Shown here piece after piece: positions 12,236 to 25,090 of a stretch of DNA of 64,000 bases. Each line of letters begins with the position of its first letter. Position 1 is the stretch's first letter. The position numbers and the translations under genes are program-made. The notes below the pieces were generated by a model, which saw nothing but the letters and a program-made list of their open reading frames with translations, had not been told where the DNA came from and ran no database searches. Origin of the DNA: Squalus acanthias (lineage: Eukaryota); assembly GCA_030390025.1 (NCBI GenBank), contig CM059432.1, positions 55,244,001 through 55,308,000 on the forward strand, in the 5' to 3' direction.

Positions 12236-13210
12236 CCAATCTTCAGGACTGGATTGAGCTACGATGTGATGTCCCTTCATGGTTAAGTAACCTGTTGACA
12301 TTAACGGGTCAATTACTTCTCCTCCCTGCCCCTGTCTGAGTGCATCCAAAGTGCTATCAGTCCGATGAGACCTTCACTTACTCACATTTGCCTGAGAGGA
12401 CTGCAGCAGTTGTAACAGCCAACAGCCTCGGGCCTTCTGACTGCTGTCCAAAGACCCGATACTGATCCTAATGGCCCTGAATTAAGAAGGAACTTAACCC
12501 TTTTGAAGCCTCCAGGAATTTACTGCCTGCCCATTCTCAGATCTCACATTCTGAGGTGGGCTGGGCAGAAGCATTTAGGCCAACTTTCTATGGACACCTC
12601 AGCATTCTGGCCATCATCAGCTGAAACCCAGGAAAATGAGGCATGTTGACATCACTCTCACCTCATTAACATCTGATTTACATGAAAACAAGATGGAAAC
12701 CTGACATCGTAGGTCTCTACCCTTTTTTCTTCTGTTGTGTCCATGGGAAATAAGTAAACCCTGGGTGCAAAGCAGAGGAAAATATGCTCCTAGCTGTTTA
12801 GACTCAGATGTGAACAATTAAGGTACAGAAAGATTGCTGGTCCCATGCAACTATTCACCTGCCTGAGTTAATGACTTTAAGCAGTGAAAATTAGGAGCAA
12901 AACAAAAGTTTCACTCCTTAGCAGTCTCGTCCCATATCTTGATGAAAACAAAACAAAAAGAAAGGTGTTTCAAATGAAATAGCTGCTATTGTAGTAATGG
13001 CCTGTCTGTAACAACAACCTTTGGGACTGAACATAAATGCTTGTTGTAAAGCGATTCCTGTATTCAGACTTTTCATTCATATTTATGACAATGGAATTAG
13101 GATTGTAAATAGCACTGACCGTGGCATCAGGATATTTTGCACATTCAGGGGACCTGTACAGGTTTTACTATGTATTGCAAACAATTGTAGCTTAAGCTAA
13201 CCAACACAAT

Positions 13211-13976
13211 GGGGGGAATTTTAACCTCCCAGGACAGGTGGGGGGTTTATATGCCTAAAAAATGGGAAAACCGTTACTAACCCGCCGCGAACACGCCCAC
13301 TTCCGTTTTAACCCGGACAGGTTGGGGGTCGGCGATTAACCTGCTCCCGAGAGGTGGGTCAGGAAGTATAATATTTAAATGAGGCTGTGTAACTCAGATT
13401 TTAGTAGCTATGTGGATTTAACAGCTGCGGGCTGGGTTTCCCAGGGCTCAGGACCAAAGTTCCCGCTAAGCTGCATAGATGCCTCTAGGTCACGTGCAGG
13501 CCGTTCACCAGCTTTTAAATGGAAGAAACCGCGCACGCGCGAAAATTTCAATGGGCCGCGCCGCCAATTAAAGGTACCGCACACAAAAAAAATAAAAGGG
13601 AACATTGCTCGGGACATCCAACAGCTGAGGGGAGACGAGAGCTGCAGGATCAGCAGGTAAGTGCTTTTCCAGCACTGCTTGTGGGCCAGGAGGAGCAGGA
13701 GTGCTTCCCCCCGCGATCCGATCTTCAGCCAACCCCGTGATCCGATGCTGACCCGTGATCTCTCCCCCCCTCGATCTCTCCCTCCCTCCTCTCCAGTTCC
13801 CGGCTGCAGCCTTCTACCGCAGGCCTTGCCGCCCAACAGCTGACCAGCCTCTCAATCTAGCCGGCTGCCAGGCAAGAAACGGAGAAAAATAATTCAAATT
13901 AAGTCCTGCCATTAAATTTGGCAGGACCTCCACATTCCCGTTTTTCCGGATTTCCTGGACACTAAAATTCACCCCC
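13211..13976. mobile_element. Harbinger-type MITE with a nested hAT-type MITE
   Basis: GGGGGGAATTTTA ... TAAAATTCACCCCC termini. Same family as 35917-36751. Confidence 0.8.
13455..13607. mobile_element. hAT-type MITE
   Basis: TIR CAAAGTTCCC / GGGAACATTG. 8-bp TSD CTCAGGAC / CTCGGGAC. Confidence 0.8.
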
Positions 13977-14124
13977 ATTCCCTCCCTCCCCACAGCTATC
14001 GGGGCTAGTGTCTCCAGCTTGCAAGTTGTGACTGGATTCATTCCAATTATCACTTAGCACCCACAACTCTTCAAACTCCTGTGGATGTTTTATGTAAATC
14101 ATGAACAGGGCATTCGTAATTGAT

Positions 14125-14290
14125 ATAACAACAGAAAATGCTGGAAACACTCAGCAGGCCAGGCAGCATCCGTGGAGAAAGAAACAGACTCTGTTTCTCT
14201 CTCCACAGATGCTGCCTGGCCTGCTGAGTGTTTCCAGCATTTTCTGTTGTTATTTCAGATTTCCAGCATCCGCAGTATTTTGCTATTGTA
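14125..14290. mobile_element. Palindromic Penelope terminal fragment
   Basis: 64-bp arms (14125-14188 / 14190-14253) with two mismatches and a 1-nt spacer. Sequence equals the PLE terminus. Confidence 0.88.
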
Positions 14291-14517
14291 CTCGTAATTT
14301 ATGCCTGGTTTTCCACACTTAATTTCAAAGGGGTGTTACGAACGATTTAAATCAGCTGTTCCAAACATTTCAAATTCATTTTTGTTAAATCAACATCTCA
14401 ACTAGACAGATGTTATTCTATTTGAGGTAACTGTAGTAATTCCAGATGATATATATATTGAAACCATTAACTTTTCGTTTGGCTTGTGCATTCATTTGTG
14501 TTGCTATTTTATTCAAG

Positions 14518-14660
14518 AAACTGGAGGCCCGGGCAGCCTGATAACTGGCAGCATGAAGTATTAACAGAAGATTGTGCAGGTCTTGCTCATAGTGCATTGT
14601 GGAACGACTTCTTCTGCACAGACCTCAATGGCTTCATTTGTGAGAAAAGTGTTGACAAAG
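14518..14660 (+). CDS. COLEC12-like: Collectin-12-like CTLD, exon C (143 bp), QPD/WND galactose-type site
   Basis: ttttattcaag| ... |gtgaat. NWRPGQPDNWQHEVLTEDCAGLAHSALWNDFFCTDLNGFICEKSVDK. The phase-2 junction with exon B gives ACA (Thr). Confidence 0.95.
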
Positions 14661-15023
14661 GTGAATATTACATTTGAATTTCTGCATTAAAAGATCTGGT
14701 TCTGTTGTGCAGCTAGACAATGCAATATGTTTCATAAAAAATGATCTCAGACCTCCCAAGTCACAATGTTATGTAGCTTATTTCCCTTATTTCACTTGGT
14801 GCCGCAGTGTGATAGGGTGAAGGTTTGGTATTCATGCTGTGCTGAAACAAGAACATTGTCCTTACTTTAGTGACCTGTCAGTTATCTTGGTCCTCAGTAT
14901 ACCTTCACCCTATCACACTACTTCATTTTAAGCATGGCCCCACTCACTGCACTGAGTGGGGAAGGCAGGCTCAGTGCAGCACTCACAACTAACAACAGCA
15001 GAATTCAGAGTTACAAACAGTAA

Positions 15024-15382
15024 GGGGGAAAAATTCAGTTGGTTGCGCCTCCCGTTAGCGCCTTAAGAGGGCGCTAATGGGGCACAAAGCATCTAGCGCC
15101 CAGGCGCGGCGAAGTTTGCGCCGCTCGCGAAATTAACTAGACATTTTGCGGCGGCGCTAAACACTACCGCCACGATCTCCTGCACCGGCAGATCGTGACG
15201 TCAGTCAAGTGCGCAACGCCCCGGAGCGGATATTGAGTGGCGCCCCCTGCCTTACCGCCTGACGCTAGCAACGACAGGTTGAGGGGAGCGTTCTCCAGTC
15301 ATGAAGGGAAAGGGGGAGCGCTATTTAAAGGTGACCGCTTCCTGCCTTTTATTGTTGGTGCCATTTTTGAACTACGCATTCT

Positions 15383-15413
<31 letters not shown>

Positions 15414-15915
15414 CTGGAGAGTTTCAACGTTGTGTGAAGGAGTTTTGGGTACTGAGCAGCACTTTGCAGGTTCATTTTGATTTGCCATTCCTTGTATCGA
15501 TTTAGAAGAGACTGTGGGGGCTGCACTCTGAGCTCTTTGCCTGGTACTCTCCATTGTTCTTTCCAGCAGATTTGATGTGCAGGTCTCTCCAGGCCGAGAT
15601 TCAAGGCTGCAATGAGCAGGATGTGGATGGAAAGCAAGATTAACCATCCCCTTTAAGAACTGGCCCGTGCCATTGTGTGTGTGTTCCATTGCTGACTGAC
15701 ATTACATGAGCTTCGCCAGCGCTCTGAGGTAGCGCCTCGCTCCTCGGCCTTTGCGCCTTAAGACAGGTGTGAAGCACCTGATTTAGCGCTCCAATCACCT
15801 CCAGGGGCGATAAAAGTCAAGTTTGCAGTCGGTGGCGATAATTAGCGGCAGGCGCTAATCTTTGCGCCCGGCCGATAATTGCGCCCCAAATGGGGCGAGA
15901 CTGAATTTCTCCCCC
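15024..15915. mobile_element. Tourist-like (PIF/Harbinger) MITE
   Basis: TAA|GGGGGAAAAATTCAG ... CTGAATTTCTCCCCC|TAA, with CpG-rich subterminal GGCGCTAA repeats. Confidence 0.92.
15383..15410. repeat. (GA)14 microsatellite
   Basis: Read directly from the sequence. Confidence 0.95.
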
Positions 15916-16194
15916 TAAGTATTTTGATCAAACTTCCCAGATGCACTCTTTATGCAACTCTTAAGTAACAGATAAAGTCTTATATTTGAGAACGAAATAG
16001 TTAATCAGCTACTGTATTGAATTGCATAGTCATAGTGTTGGTAAGTTTAGCTGTACATCCTAATTGACAATGCAGTCCTCTAATTTACTGCCGCACGCAT
16101 GAAAATTACCTATCCAAAACCAGCTATTATCAAAATTATCTTTGTTGGAGATCTGCCAGTTTTACAGAGCAAATCCAATATGGTATCAATCACA

Positions 16195-16640
16195 GAAATC
16201 CATCAGTGAAGAGATGCTTTCTGACATCACCCCTGAACTGCCTAGCTCTAGTTTTAAGGTTATGCCCCCTTATTCTGGACTCCTCCACCAGAGGAAATAG
16301 TTTCTCTCTATCTACCCTATCAACTCCTTTAATCATCTTAAACACCTCAATTACATCACCCCTTATGCAACCTGTCCTCATAATTTAACCTTTTCAGCTC
16401 CGGTAACATTCTGGTGAATCTGCGCTGCCCCCTCTCCGAGGCCAATATATCCTTCCTGAGGTGCAGTGCCCAGAACCGAACGCAGTATTTCAAATGCAGT
16501 CTAACCAGAGCTTTATACAACTGTAGCATAACTTCCATCCTTTGTATTCCAGCCCCCTGAGATAAAGGCCAACATCCAATTAGCATTTTTAATTATTCTT
16601 TGTACTTGTCCACTAGCTTTTAGTGATTTCTGTACATGCA
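16195..16640 (-). mobile_element. CR1 ORF2 3' fragment
   Basis: LYKALVRLHLKYCVRFW and ESRIRGHNLK motifs. Confidence 0.9.
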
Positions 16641-17059
16641 TTTCCTATTGTAATGATTTCCTATTATGGGCTGATTTTAATTCAATTGTTTTCATCTTTG
16701 TGCTAATTCACTACCTTGCTGAATCATTTAACTTCTGTTCCTTAATGAACTTATAAAGAGATCTGACTAATAGTTTGTATCTATACACATTGGCCTAACA
16801 ACGTGGTATTTTATGCCTTTTGGGAGAGAAAGGAGAACATGGCAGGCATCTCAGGTAGTCTCCAGTGAACTATATACTGCAATCAAAAATTAATTATTAA
16901 ACCTAGGCACACTAACCCCTGCACAGCGTGTATTAGGATGCAGGTTTTGGATCAGAATAAACTCAGTCTGCCTTTTTGTTGTGAGCACAAGTCAGAAGTG
17001 TTGGGTTAAAACCTTAACTATAATGCTGGCACTGTGGCTCATTAATCCTTCTCCTGCAG

Positions 17060-17740
17060 CTAGATGTATTCATACCATTGGTCTTTTCACATTGCAGATC
17101 AACTTTCAGGGTGATTGTCCTGATTGTCCTAAAGAGCACATCCAGAGGCATTTCCGGACCAGTATCGGAGGTGGACTTCAGTTTCAGGTCCCCGATTACC
17201 AAAGGAAGCTTCTGAATCGGAGTTAGATGACAGCTATTCACCTAACTTTCCAAACATCGTTTCCTCATGCTGGGCATCGGGACTTAAATCTTTGACCCTC
17301 CTTAACTTTTAATTTGAAGTTAGCCCAAAACTTTATTCTGTCAAGAATATCTATTATTTGATAACAATTATTGTTTATTAAAAGTGAAATAAGCAAGAAA
17401 ATATATTACAGAATCCATATGAACCCAATTTTTTATTTTATTTTCCATAAATACCTATGTCAGTATATGAAAATCTATATGTTAACACTTGTATTTAAAA
17501 ATATTTACCATTCTGCATAGTAACAGGCTTACAAAGTTTTCCAATTTTCAGGAATTTTTCCACTGAACCTTCTGCATCTGGTTTACAGTGCAATCAAGGA
17601 ATAATTATTCCACTGTTATATCAGCAAATAAAATACCAAATATAAGATGTAGGTATGGGGATGAAATTGGACCTTATTTTGTTACCTTCCAGCTGCTATA
17701 AAGATGATCTATTTTATACTTTATTACAATGAATAAGAGA
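17060..17740 (+). other. Region probably holding the short terminal coding exon and 3'UTR start of the COLEC12-like gene (unresolved)
   Basis: Several phase-1-compatible acceptors. 17098 gives DQLSG*, 17552 gives GIFPLNLLHLVYSAIKE*, 17693 gives AAIKMIYFILYYNE*, and 17060 gives a longer frame. AT-rich unique sequence with AATAAA motifs follows (~17627, ~19238). I cannot choose among them without RNA data. Confidence 0.3.
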
Positions 17741-20612
17741 AGAGCATTATTTTAATTAAGCAGATGGGCAGCCACACTGACAGTGTCCTCATGCTACCAA
17801 AATAATTTCACCTGGAAGCGGAGCTTGTTAAGTGGATATTTCCAAATACAATTGTTGCAATTCCAAATGGGAAGGAAAACGCTGAGTCTGCAGACCATGA
17901 AGTAACATTTTGACATCAGCAGCAAGTTTCATGCACATCTCAGAAGGTACCTCAAATGGGGACCTCTTCCTTTATCATCAAACAACGTCATTAAAATCAA
18001 AGAAACCATCTAACCACATAAGCTACTGCCCTCCACAACTAAAAGAAGTTGAAAGGATATTGGAAATCCCTTAAGATCCAATCTTAAGATCAGAAATGCC
18101 ACCCTTTAGAATTTTTTTCTTTTAATGAAGTACAACCTTTTATGGTTATGAACAATTCCATTTTAAACTCAACTGTTAACAGTAAAATCTTAGTTAAGAG
18201 TCTATTTAAGAGTCCATCTTGGCTGCAAATTAAGCCTTCAGCACATTTAATCAGTCAATATTTGCGAAATACTGTGTCAGTCATCAACTGCGTATTGACC
18301 CAGCAATGTAAACATGTAAGTGCAGACCCTTTTAACTCACATTTGCGAAAGTTTTATCAGCATAGTAACTGAACATAGTGCACCGACTTTTTTTTCATTA
18401 CCTTTGCACAATGGAGCCTGGATAAATTTACTTAACAGTGAATTTCAATATGTTATTCCTATTCACTCCCATTTTATAGAAGTTTTAATTGCAATCGTAA
18501 TTGCAATCCCTATCCAACATTTATATGAAAAAATTATTTTGTGTCCATCGAGATTTGACTGCATTAAAAAAAATCCCCAAAGCAGATTTTACTGTAATTA
18601 AGATCACTTGATTATAAATTGATTTAAAAATAGTTCTGCTGTAGCAATGACAATGGGCCAGTGAGTGCACTGGAATGAAAAACACATCACATCACAGAGT
18701 GGTGGAAAACGCTTTGTACCCACGGTTTTCTGATCTTAACCTAGCTGCCAAGCAGAGCACAGGCACTTTCCCATCGGGAGGGGAGGAAAATTCATTGATT
18801 TGGTTATCCTAGTCCACACTCACACAACCCTAACAACCAGCTACAGAGCAGCTCTGGCTCAGACCTAGGAGATCTCCAGCCCATTCACTTAGCCGAAGAA
18901 AGTACGTGAAAAAGGAGAAACAAGCATAAAATTAAAGAATAAAAGGCTTTGCTGCATCATTGCTTAAGTAATGGAACATTATTAATGTTGTGTCTAAGTA
19001 AAGTAAGCCAAATTTAACAAAATTAGGAAAGAAGTGTAATTCATTGCCCTCAAGTGCTCTTTTATGTGACAATTCTTTGAAACATTCCTTCGAGGGTGTC
19101 AAACAAAACTATGCACCATAGTCAATTTTTACTGTTATGTGTAGTTTCAGTGGGCTCAATAAGGGCATGTATTACATTATTGTCAAGCACATCTGTAATA
19201 TTGACTAAAGCCAAAACTAACCCACATGGAATTGTGAAATAAAAATAATTTTATTTAAACAGGGTGTGTGTTGATTAGTCCAAGTCTTAATTGGCTTCTA
19301 CTTAGAACTGCATAGAATTTTACAGCACAGAAGCAGGCCATTCGGCCCAACAGGTCTCTGCCGGTATTTATGCTCCACGCGAGCATCTTCCCACCTTACT
19401 TCATCTTGCCCAATCTAAGCATCAATACTACCTAATTTTATAAGTTGATATGCAGTGTACTTTCAAACAGAATAGATCTTTATAACTATTGATATTCGTA
19501 TTTTCTGTATAAGAGAAAATTAAATGTAATCTAGATTGCTTATAGGGAAGAAATGAAGCAAATAGACATGTCGAGTGGAAACATAGCGGCACGCCCATAG
19601 GGGGTACAATCCCTGCGCCTGAATAGTGAGGCCAGAGGAGTCCCCGATGTTGGGCCTCAGGCCTCATTTCCATCAAGCTGGTGTAGACATGAAACGGAGG
19701 CCAGGGAAGGTGATTGGAAGCTAGGGATGGTGGGGTGGGGGGAACAGAGGCCAGGGAAGGGGGAGATCAGAGGCCAGGGGTGATCAGCGGTCGGGGGAAT
19801 CGGAGGTCGGGGAGGGATCAGAGGTCGGGGGAATCAGAGGTCGGGGAGGGATCAAAGGTCAGGGAAATCAGAGGTCAGGGGAAATCGGTGATCAGGGGTG
19901 GAAAATCAGAGGTTGGGGAAAATGGGAGCCGGGGATCTCTGGGCAATCCAATCTTGCAGTTGGAGCCTCAAACAGGCGATAGGCTCCTTATTTGCAGATG
20001 CAAGGAGGTAAGGAGTTCCAGTATTTTGATGCCCTGGAAAGAGTGAGTTAGAGTAAACAGTGCAATGAATCTTGATTTCAACACAATAAAGATGCAAGGA
20101 GGAGGAAGGACATGTAAGATGGTGCATTTGCCAGTTAAGAGGGCACTGACCACAATGGCATTGATCAAATAGAGAGGGATGAGAAAATTTGCTAAAGAGA
20201 GAGAAGTAGGATGCTGGAAGTGAGAGACAGATTGGTTATCAGACAATGAGCTTTTTCTAAGAGTGGAATCATAGAACCATAGAAGCTTACATCACAGAAG
20301 GAGGCCATTCAGCCCATCGGGTCTGTGCTGGCTCTTTGCTGGAGCAATCGAAAAATAATCCCACTGCCCTGCTCTCTCCTATAGCTCAAGAGCTATGTAT
20401 GAACGAGGTGTTAGAAAAACCTCCCCAAATATGAAACCTATATACAAATCTTGGAAAGTCTTGCTCTTTATCGACAGCTAAGAATTGTTGAGGAGAAAAG
20501 AAGTGCTTGGCAGTAAAGGGGCATCTGAGCTTCTTGGAGAAAGTTTTCTCAATTCAGGAAATGTGGAAGTTCCAATGGAGGCCAAGAACATTGTTAGGTA
20601 AAGAAGGAGTAA

Positions 20613-20776
20613 TGATGTTCCCTTTAAGCGGTGTGGCTGGGCAGCGCTCTGAAGGTCCCGCACAGCCGTCTTGCTGGCTATTAAATGGAAAAATCGCACA
20701 TGCACGGTATTTTGAATGGGCCACGCAGCTCGTTAAAGGGGCCACATGGCCCCCCAAAAAATTACAGGGAACATTG
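20613..20776. mobile_element. hAT-type MITE (same family as 13455 and 47474)
   Basis: ATGTTCCC ... GGGAACATTG termini and a similar interior. TSD not evident. Confidence 0.65.
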
Positions 20777-20985
20777 GTGATGGGTATCAATTAGATGTGT
20801 TAGAAAAATGAAGCAACTAAAAGAAGAATTAAAAGAAAAATTCATTTAAGCCAAGAAGGAAATCTAGATGTTCTGATTCAGCAATTTTACTGCAAGTTGA
20901 ATAGAGGATGTGTGATCTGAAGAAAGCTGATGAATGCGGACTGGGATCATAAGCAAAACAATGGATAGGGCGGGATGCTGAAAAG

Positions 20986-21431
20986 AGCACACTTGTTTCT
21001 GATTAAGAAGGTTATGGGTTCACATCCCACTTCACAGACTTGAGCACAAAATCTAGGCTAACACTCCAGTTCAGTACTGAGGGAGTGATGCACTGTCGGA
21101 GGTGCCGTTTTTCAGATGAGACCTTAAACCAAGGCGCCATCTGCTCTCTCAGATGGACTTAAAAGATCCCAACACATTACTTCAATGAAGAGCAGGGGAG
21201 TTCTACCCAGTGTCCTGGCCAATATTTATCCCTCATCCAATATCACTAAAAAACATATTATCCAGTCACTATCTCATTGCTGTTTGTGGGAGCTTGCTTT
21301 GCACAAATTGGCTGCCGCATTTCCTACATTACAACAGTGACTACCATTCACAAGTACTATATTGGCTGTAAAGAGTTTTATGACGTCCTGAGGTCATGAA
21401 TGGCGCTATAGAATTGCAAGTCTTTCTTTTT
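20986..21431 (+). mobile_element. DeuSINE (SacSINE1/AmnSINE1-related)
   Basis: Deu domain (cagtactgagggagtg...gatgagac.ttaaacc...aaaagatccc...gaagagcaggggagtt...caatatttatccctca) plus an L2-like tail ending gcaagtctttcttt. Confidence 0.9.
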
Positions 21432-23310
21432 ACTTATTTAGAAATAGAGGAACACAAGGAATATTTTAATGAATGGTGCATAATCATACCCAAATTTTTA
21501 CTTTCGACCCATTCATGTTATGTATGTTTTATCTTTTGCATTGCAATATGCATTATCTTACATTATAAATATTTCTGACCCTTTACTCTTATATACAAAT
21601 ATATGAAAAAGACAGACAGATAAAGACCAGATCAAGTCTGTCCCATTCAGATGTGTTGCCACAAGGCAATATGACCCGCAATAATAACCACCCACCAATA
21701 GCCATTTGATCTCCTGGGAGAGGCAGAAAGACAGATTCAAAATCCCCTTGGCCAATTTAGAGAGAAAAGAATTCTGACCCTTGAAGGCAAATAAAAATGA
21801 GTTTGAGGGACAATGATCACAAAGTACATTACCCATCATCCCACCTGCCTTTTGTACGCAGCAATATCAGCCTCCTCCAGGAACTTTCGAATGTTTGCAG
21901 CAAACCTCCATCCACTGCATAAGCTGGCAACCTATTCCAAAGGTCAGTGACCCATTGGGAAAGGAAAAAAACCCTGACATCTAACCTAGTTTTATACTAG
22001 TTATGTAGCTTGTACACCTGTCCCCTCATTCTCCCTAACCTAGCTAACAGCAACAAAAACATAATTGTGATGAGTCCAGTTTCAATGCCAAGAGAGAAAA
22101 AATGTCATTGCTTTGGTTTGGTTCTATCACAGTGAAGAAAATTCAGACCAAATATTCATGGGTCCTGATAAGGTATCATCAGGACCTTGCTACAAAGGTT
22201 AATACCCTTAGTCTTGTGCTCAAACAACACTTCTTTTCTGTCTAAGCCTTATGACTATTTCTCAGCTGAGAGAATTATGTTTTCACTGGAAACTCTCAAT
22301 ATTCAGTGCCGAGGTTGCCTCTATCCCTTTATTCACTCAAATTCACTTTATGATGATCCAAACTGAATGCAATTCCCCCAGGGTGTTAGTGAGGGTTGCA
22401 CTGACTCCATGTACCAGCTGGTGTTAAAATAGCTGACTGTTCATTTACATTTTTAAAATCAGCGCACCTGTACTGTGAAGACTGTTCTTAAAGGAGCAGG
22501 AGACTCATTTCCAACTGGTTTAGGTGCTAAAATGTGGTAACACTGGCCTTCTGTGATTGGTTCAAAACTATTCACTCAGCATCATTAATGTTAGGCACTG
22601 TGTGGATTCTTCAAGGTTCAAAATGAATAAGGTTCATTAGAAGCTCACTCCCAGTGTCTCTTTAGCAGATACCTGCCCACTTACCCCCAAATCTTTGCTA
22701 ACAGTGAAAATAACCACATTGCAAATACTTACTTAATGACGGTACTGCTTAGTAGGAGGATTAAAAATCAAATGGACTACAATATAGTATACAGCGTATT
22801 TAAGTATAATAAAATAAATAAATTGATATGCTATGAAATGGTAAAATAAAAAAATAAGGCAATTATCCCAAAAGCCGCCCCCCCCCCCCCACCCGACTCC
22901 CAACCTCCCCAGCCCCAACTCCCTCTCCCCCTACCCCAGACTACTTTTCACACAGTCTCAAACAGACTAACCTAAATTGGCCACTCAGCTACCCATAGCT
23001 ACAGAGTGTGTGTGTTTGCGCACTGCTGAGATATGATCATTCTAATACCTTAAGATAAAAATATACAAAGAAACTTGAAAATACTTTGTTTACTTGGATC
23101 CTTTTGAGCTATTTAGGCAAAATAATATTGGGCTACTTTTGGGCTAGTATTTGGTTTACTTTGGACTACAAACATATTTTAATTTCTGGCAAATTTAACA
23201 GTTTGTGAGGTCTGCTGAAAGGACAGCTAATAAGATCCAGTCACATTACCTTAAGAAGATTGCCAACCAGACTATGCATACCTTCGCCTGATTCAATGTT
23301 AAGACACCAA

Positions 23311-24021
23311 GGGCTGGATTTTCATTGACCCGTGGAGGCGGGTTTGGAGGCGTTTGGGGGGTTAAAATTGCAAAAACTGGCGGGCGGGCACAAGTCCGCC
23401 TCCATCCCGCCTCCACACAATTTTCATTAAATCGTGTCTGCTGGTCCCGCCTCTGTCCCACCTCTAAGAGGCGGGATAGGCTGTGAAGGCCCTTAACAAG
23501 CACTAATTTGCCTCTATTATGCCATTTTGAAAGGCCTTTGTGATTTTAACCCTTTTTCTATGTGAAGCACGGCTGTTCTGAACCACGAATGTGATGGCCA
23601 GCCAGCTGGCCGGCTGGCTGGCTGGCTGGCTATGCATATATGGATGGCTATGGGGATGCATATATGGATGGCTATGGGGATGGATGTATATATGGATGGA
23701 GAGGAGACATATCTGGGAGTGGTGGTGTAAAAATATCTGGGAGCAGACTTAGGACTGCTGCTGCTCATTTTGCATCCAGGTCCTCTCACAGCAAAGGCCA
23801 GGCAGTCTCTGAAGACCTTCAATGCAGCAGCAATGATGACATCATCAGAGGCGACTTTCAGACTGAAAACGCTAATTGGTTCATGGGTTCCCACATGCTG
23901 GAACTCAATTGCCCAATTAGGTGAAAATTGCATCAATCTCCCACATCCAATTGCAGTCGGGTGGATAACACGAAAAGTGGATGACACGACCCCAACCCGC
24001 CCCAGTATCAAAATCCAGCCC
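23311..24021. mobile_element. Harbinger MITE
   Basis: CAA|GGGCTGGATTTT ... AAAATCCAGCCC|CAA: perfect 12-bp TIR and 3-bp TSD. Ends related to 58408-60168. Confidence 0.93.
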
Positions 24022-25090
24022 CAAGTGTTTTTGGCCCACTAGCCAGGAAAGAGATGTGTAATTTGTTATTTTTTTTATTCACATGAGGGAACGGAACTTA
24101 GTTGGAGTAAATTACATTTTGTTACATCTGTTACTCTATACATTCACTTGCTGTCTATGAAATAAAGCAGTTTAACGATTCGTATCCACTTCGTCTCATC
24201 GGGTATTTGTCAGTCCACGTGAGGGCATGTGCGAAGGACATGATTTCCAGTTCGAATTACATGGGGATCCTATTGTTACATCCCCAAATTACACGTCCAT
24301 GGAATTAGATTTTTGGACAGTATGAGCGCACTCTTAGACCGCTTGCAGGAGTGACCAGCACCACTGTACCCTTCAGAAAGTCTAAGGCAGACCCAAAACT
24401 TGCAAAAAGTGCTTGACAAGTAATGTTTTTTTTAAAAATCCATTTTTTTTCCCCCACCTGAGTGTGTGAGCAAGACTCAGATTTACAATAATAACCACCA
24501 GTCTTGCTTCCTTGTTTACTCATGTCTACTTTTTCATTAAAATTGACCATTGGAGGAAAATGTTGCTACAAAGACTGTTGGGAGACGTTGTTTGGGTGAG
24601 GTGTAAATTTGGTTGAGAGCAAAAGCTAGGTGAGAGCATGTTATACTTTTTGGTTGGTTACACACTCCTGTGGGAGTGAATACATTGGTCCTAAATCTGT
24701 TAATCCTGGCTCATGCTGTAATATTCCAGTAAAAGAACACTTGTGTCTTTCCCGTCAATAGAAAATAAATCTGCTTTGTTTGTTTAATTAAGTCATGTTG
24801 TATTTTGTCCTGCTCTCTGTGTATTTTGCATCATGTGGAAAGCTGGCAACCTATCAACAGGGTGTTGATGCATTCCTTGCTCCTGGTATACCACTGATGT
24901 GCCTGATTCAAATGATGATTTATAATTATGCATTTTAATATTTTGGCACATCATTTGAAGAAAACTTTACATGATTTCCCTAGCAGTTTAGGATTGCCTA
25001 TCCAAGTTAGGACAGCATGTTTTTTGGATTGACTGTCCAGATAATTTCTAAAATGTATTCCAAAAGTTTTTATAAATGATTTTCCCACTT

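Noticed and set aside
11472..12349. Three long periodic ORFs (GGGLADHGAGVWPITGRGFGRSR)n, and a possible CRISPR-like array
   Set aside because: Artefact of a stop-free 23-bp minisatellite read in three frames. Units are contiguous with no unique spacers, and the context is a vertebrate intron.
10563..14677. ORFs 10563-10787 and 14486-14677 as small stand-alone proteins
   Set aside because: They are internal lectin exons plus intronic flanks, with phase-compatible splice sites.
19714..19930. Degenerate ~20-bp G-rich tandem repeat and its ORF
   Set aside because: Looks like the interior of a partial MITE, like those at 13.7 and 36.2 kb. No coding signal.
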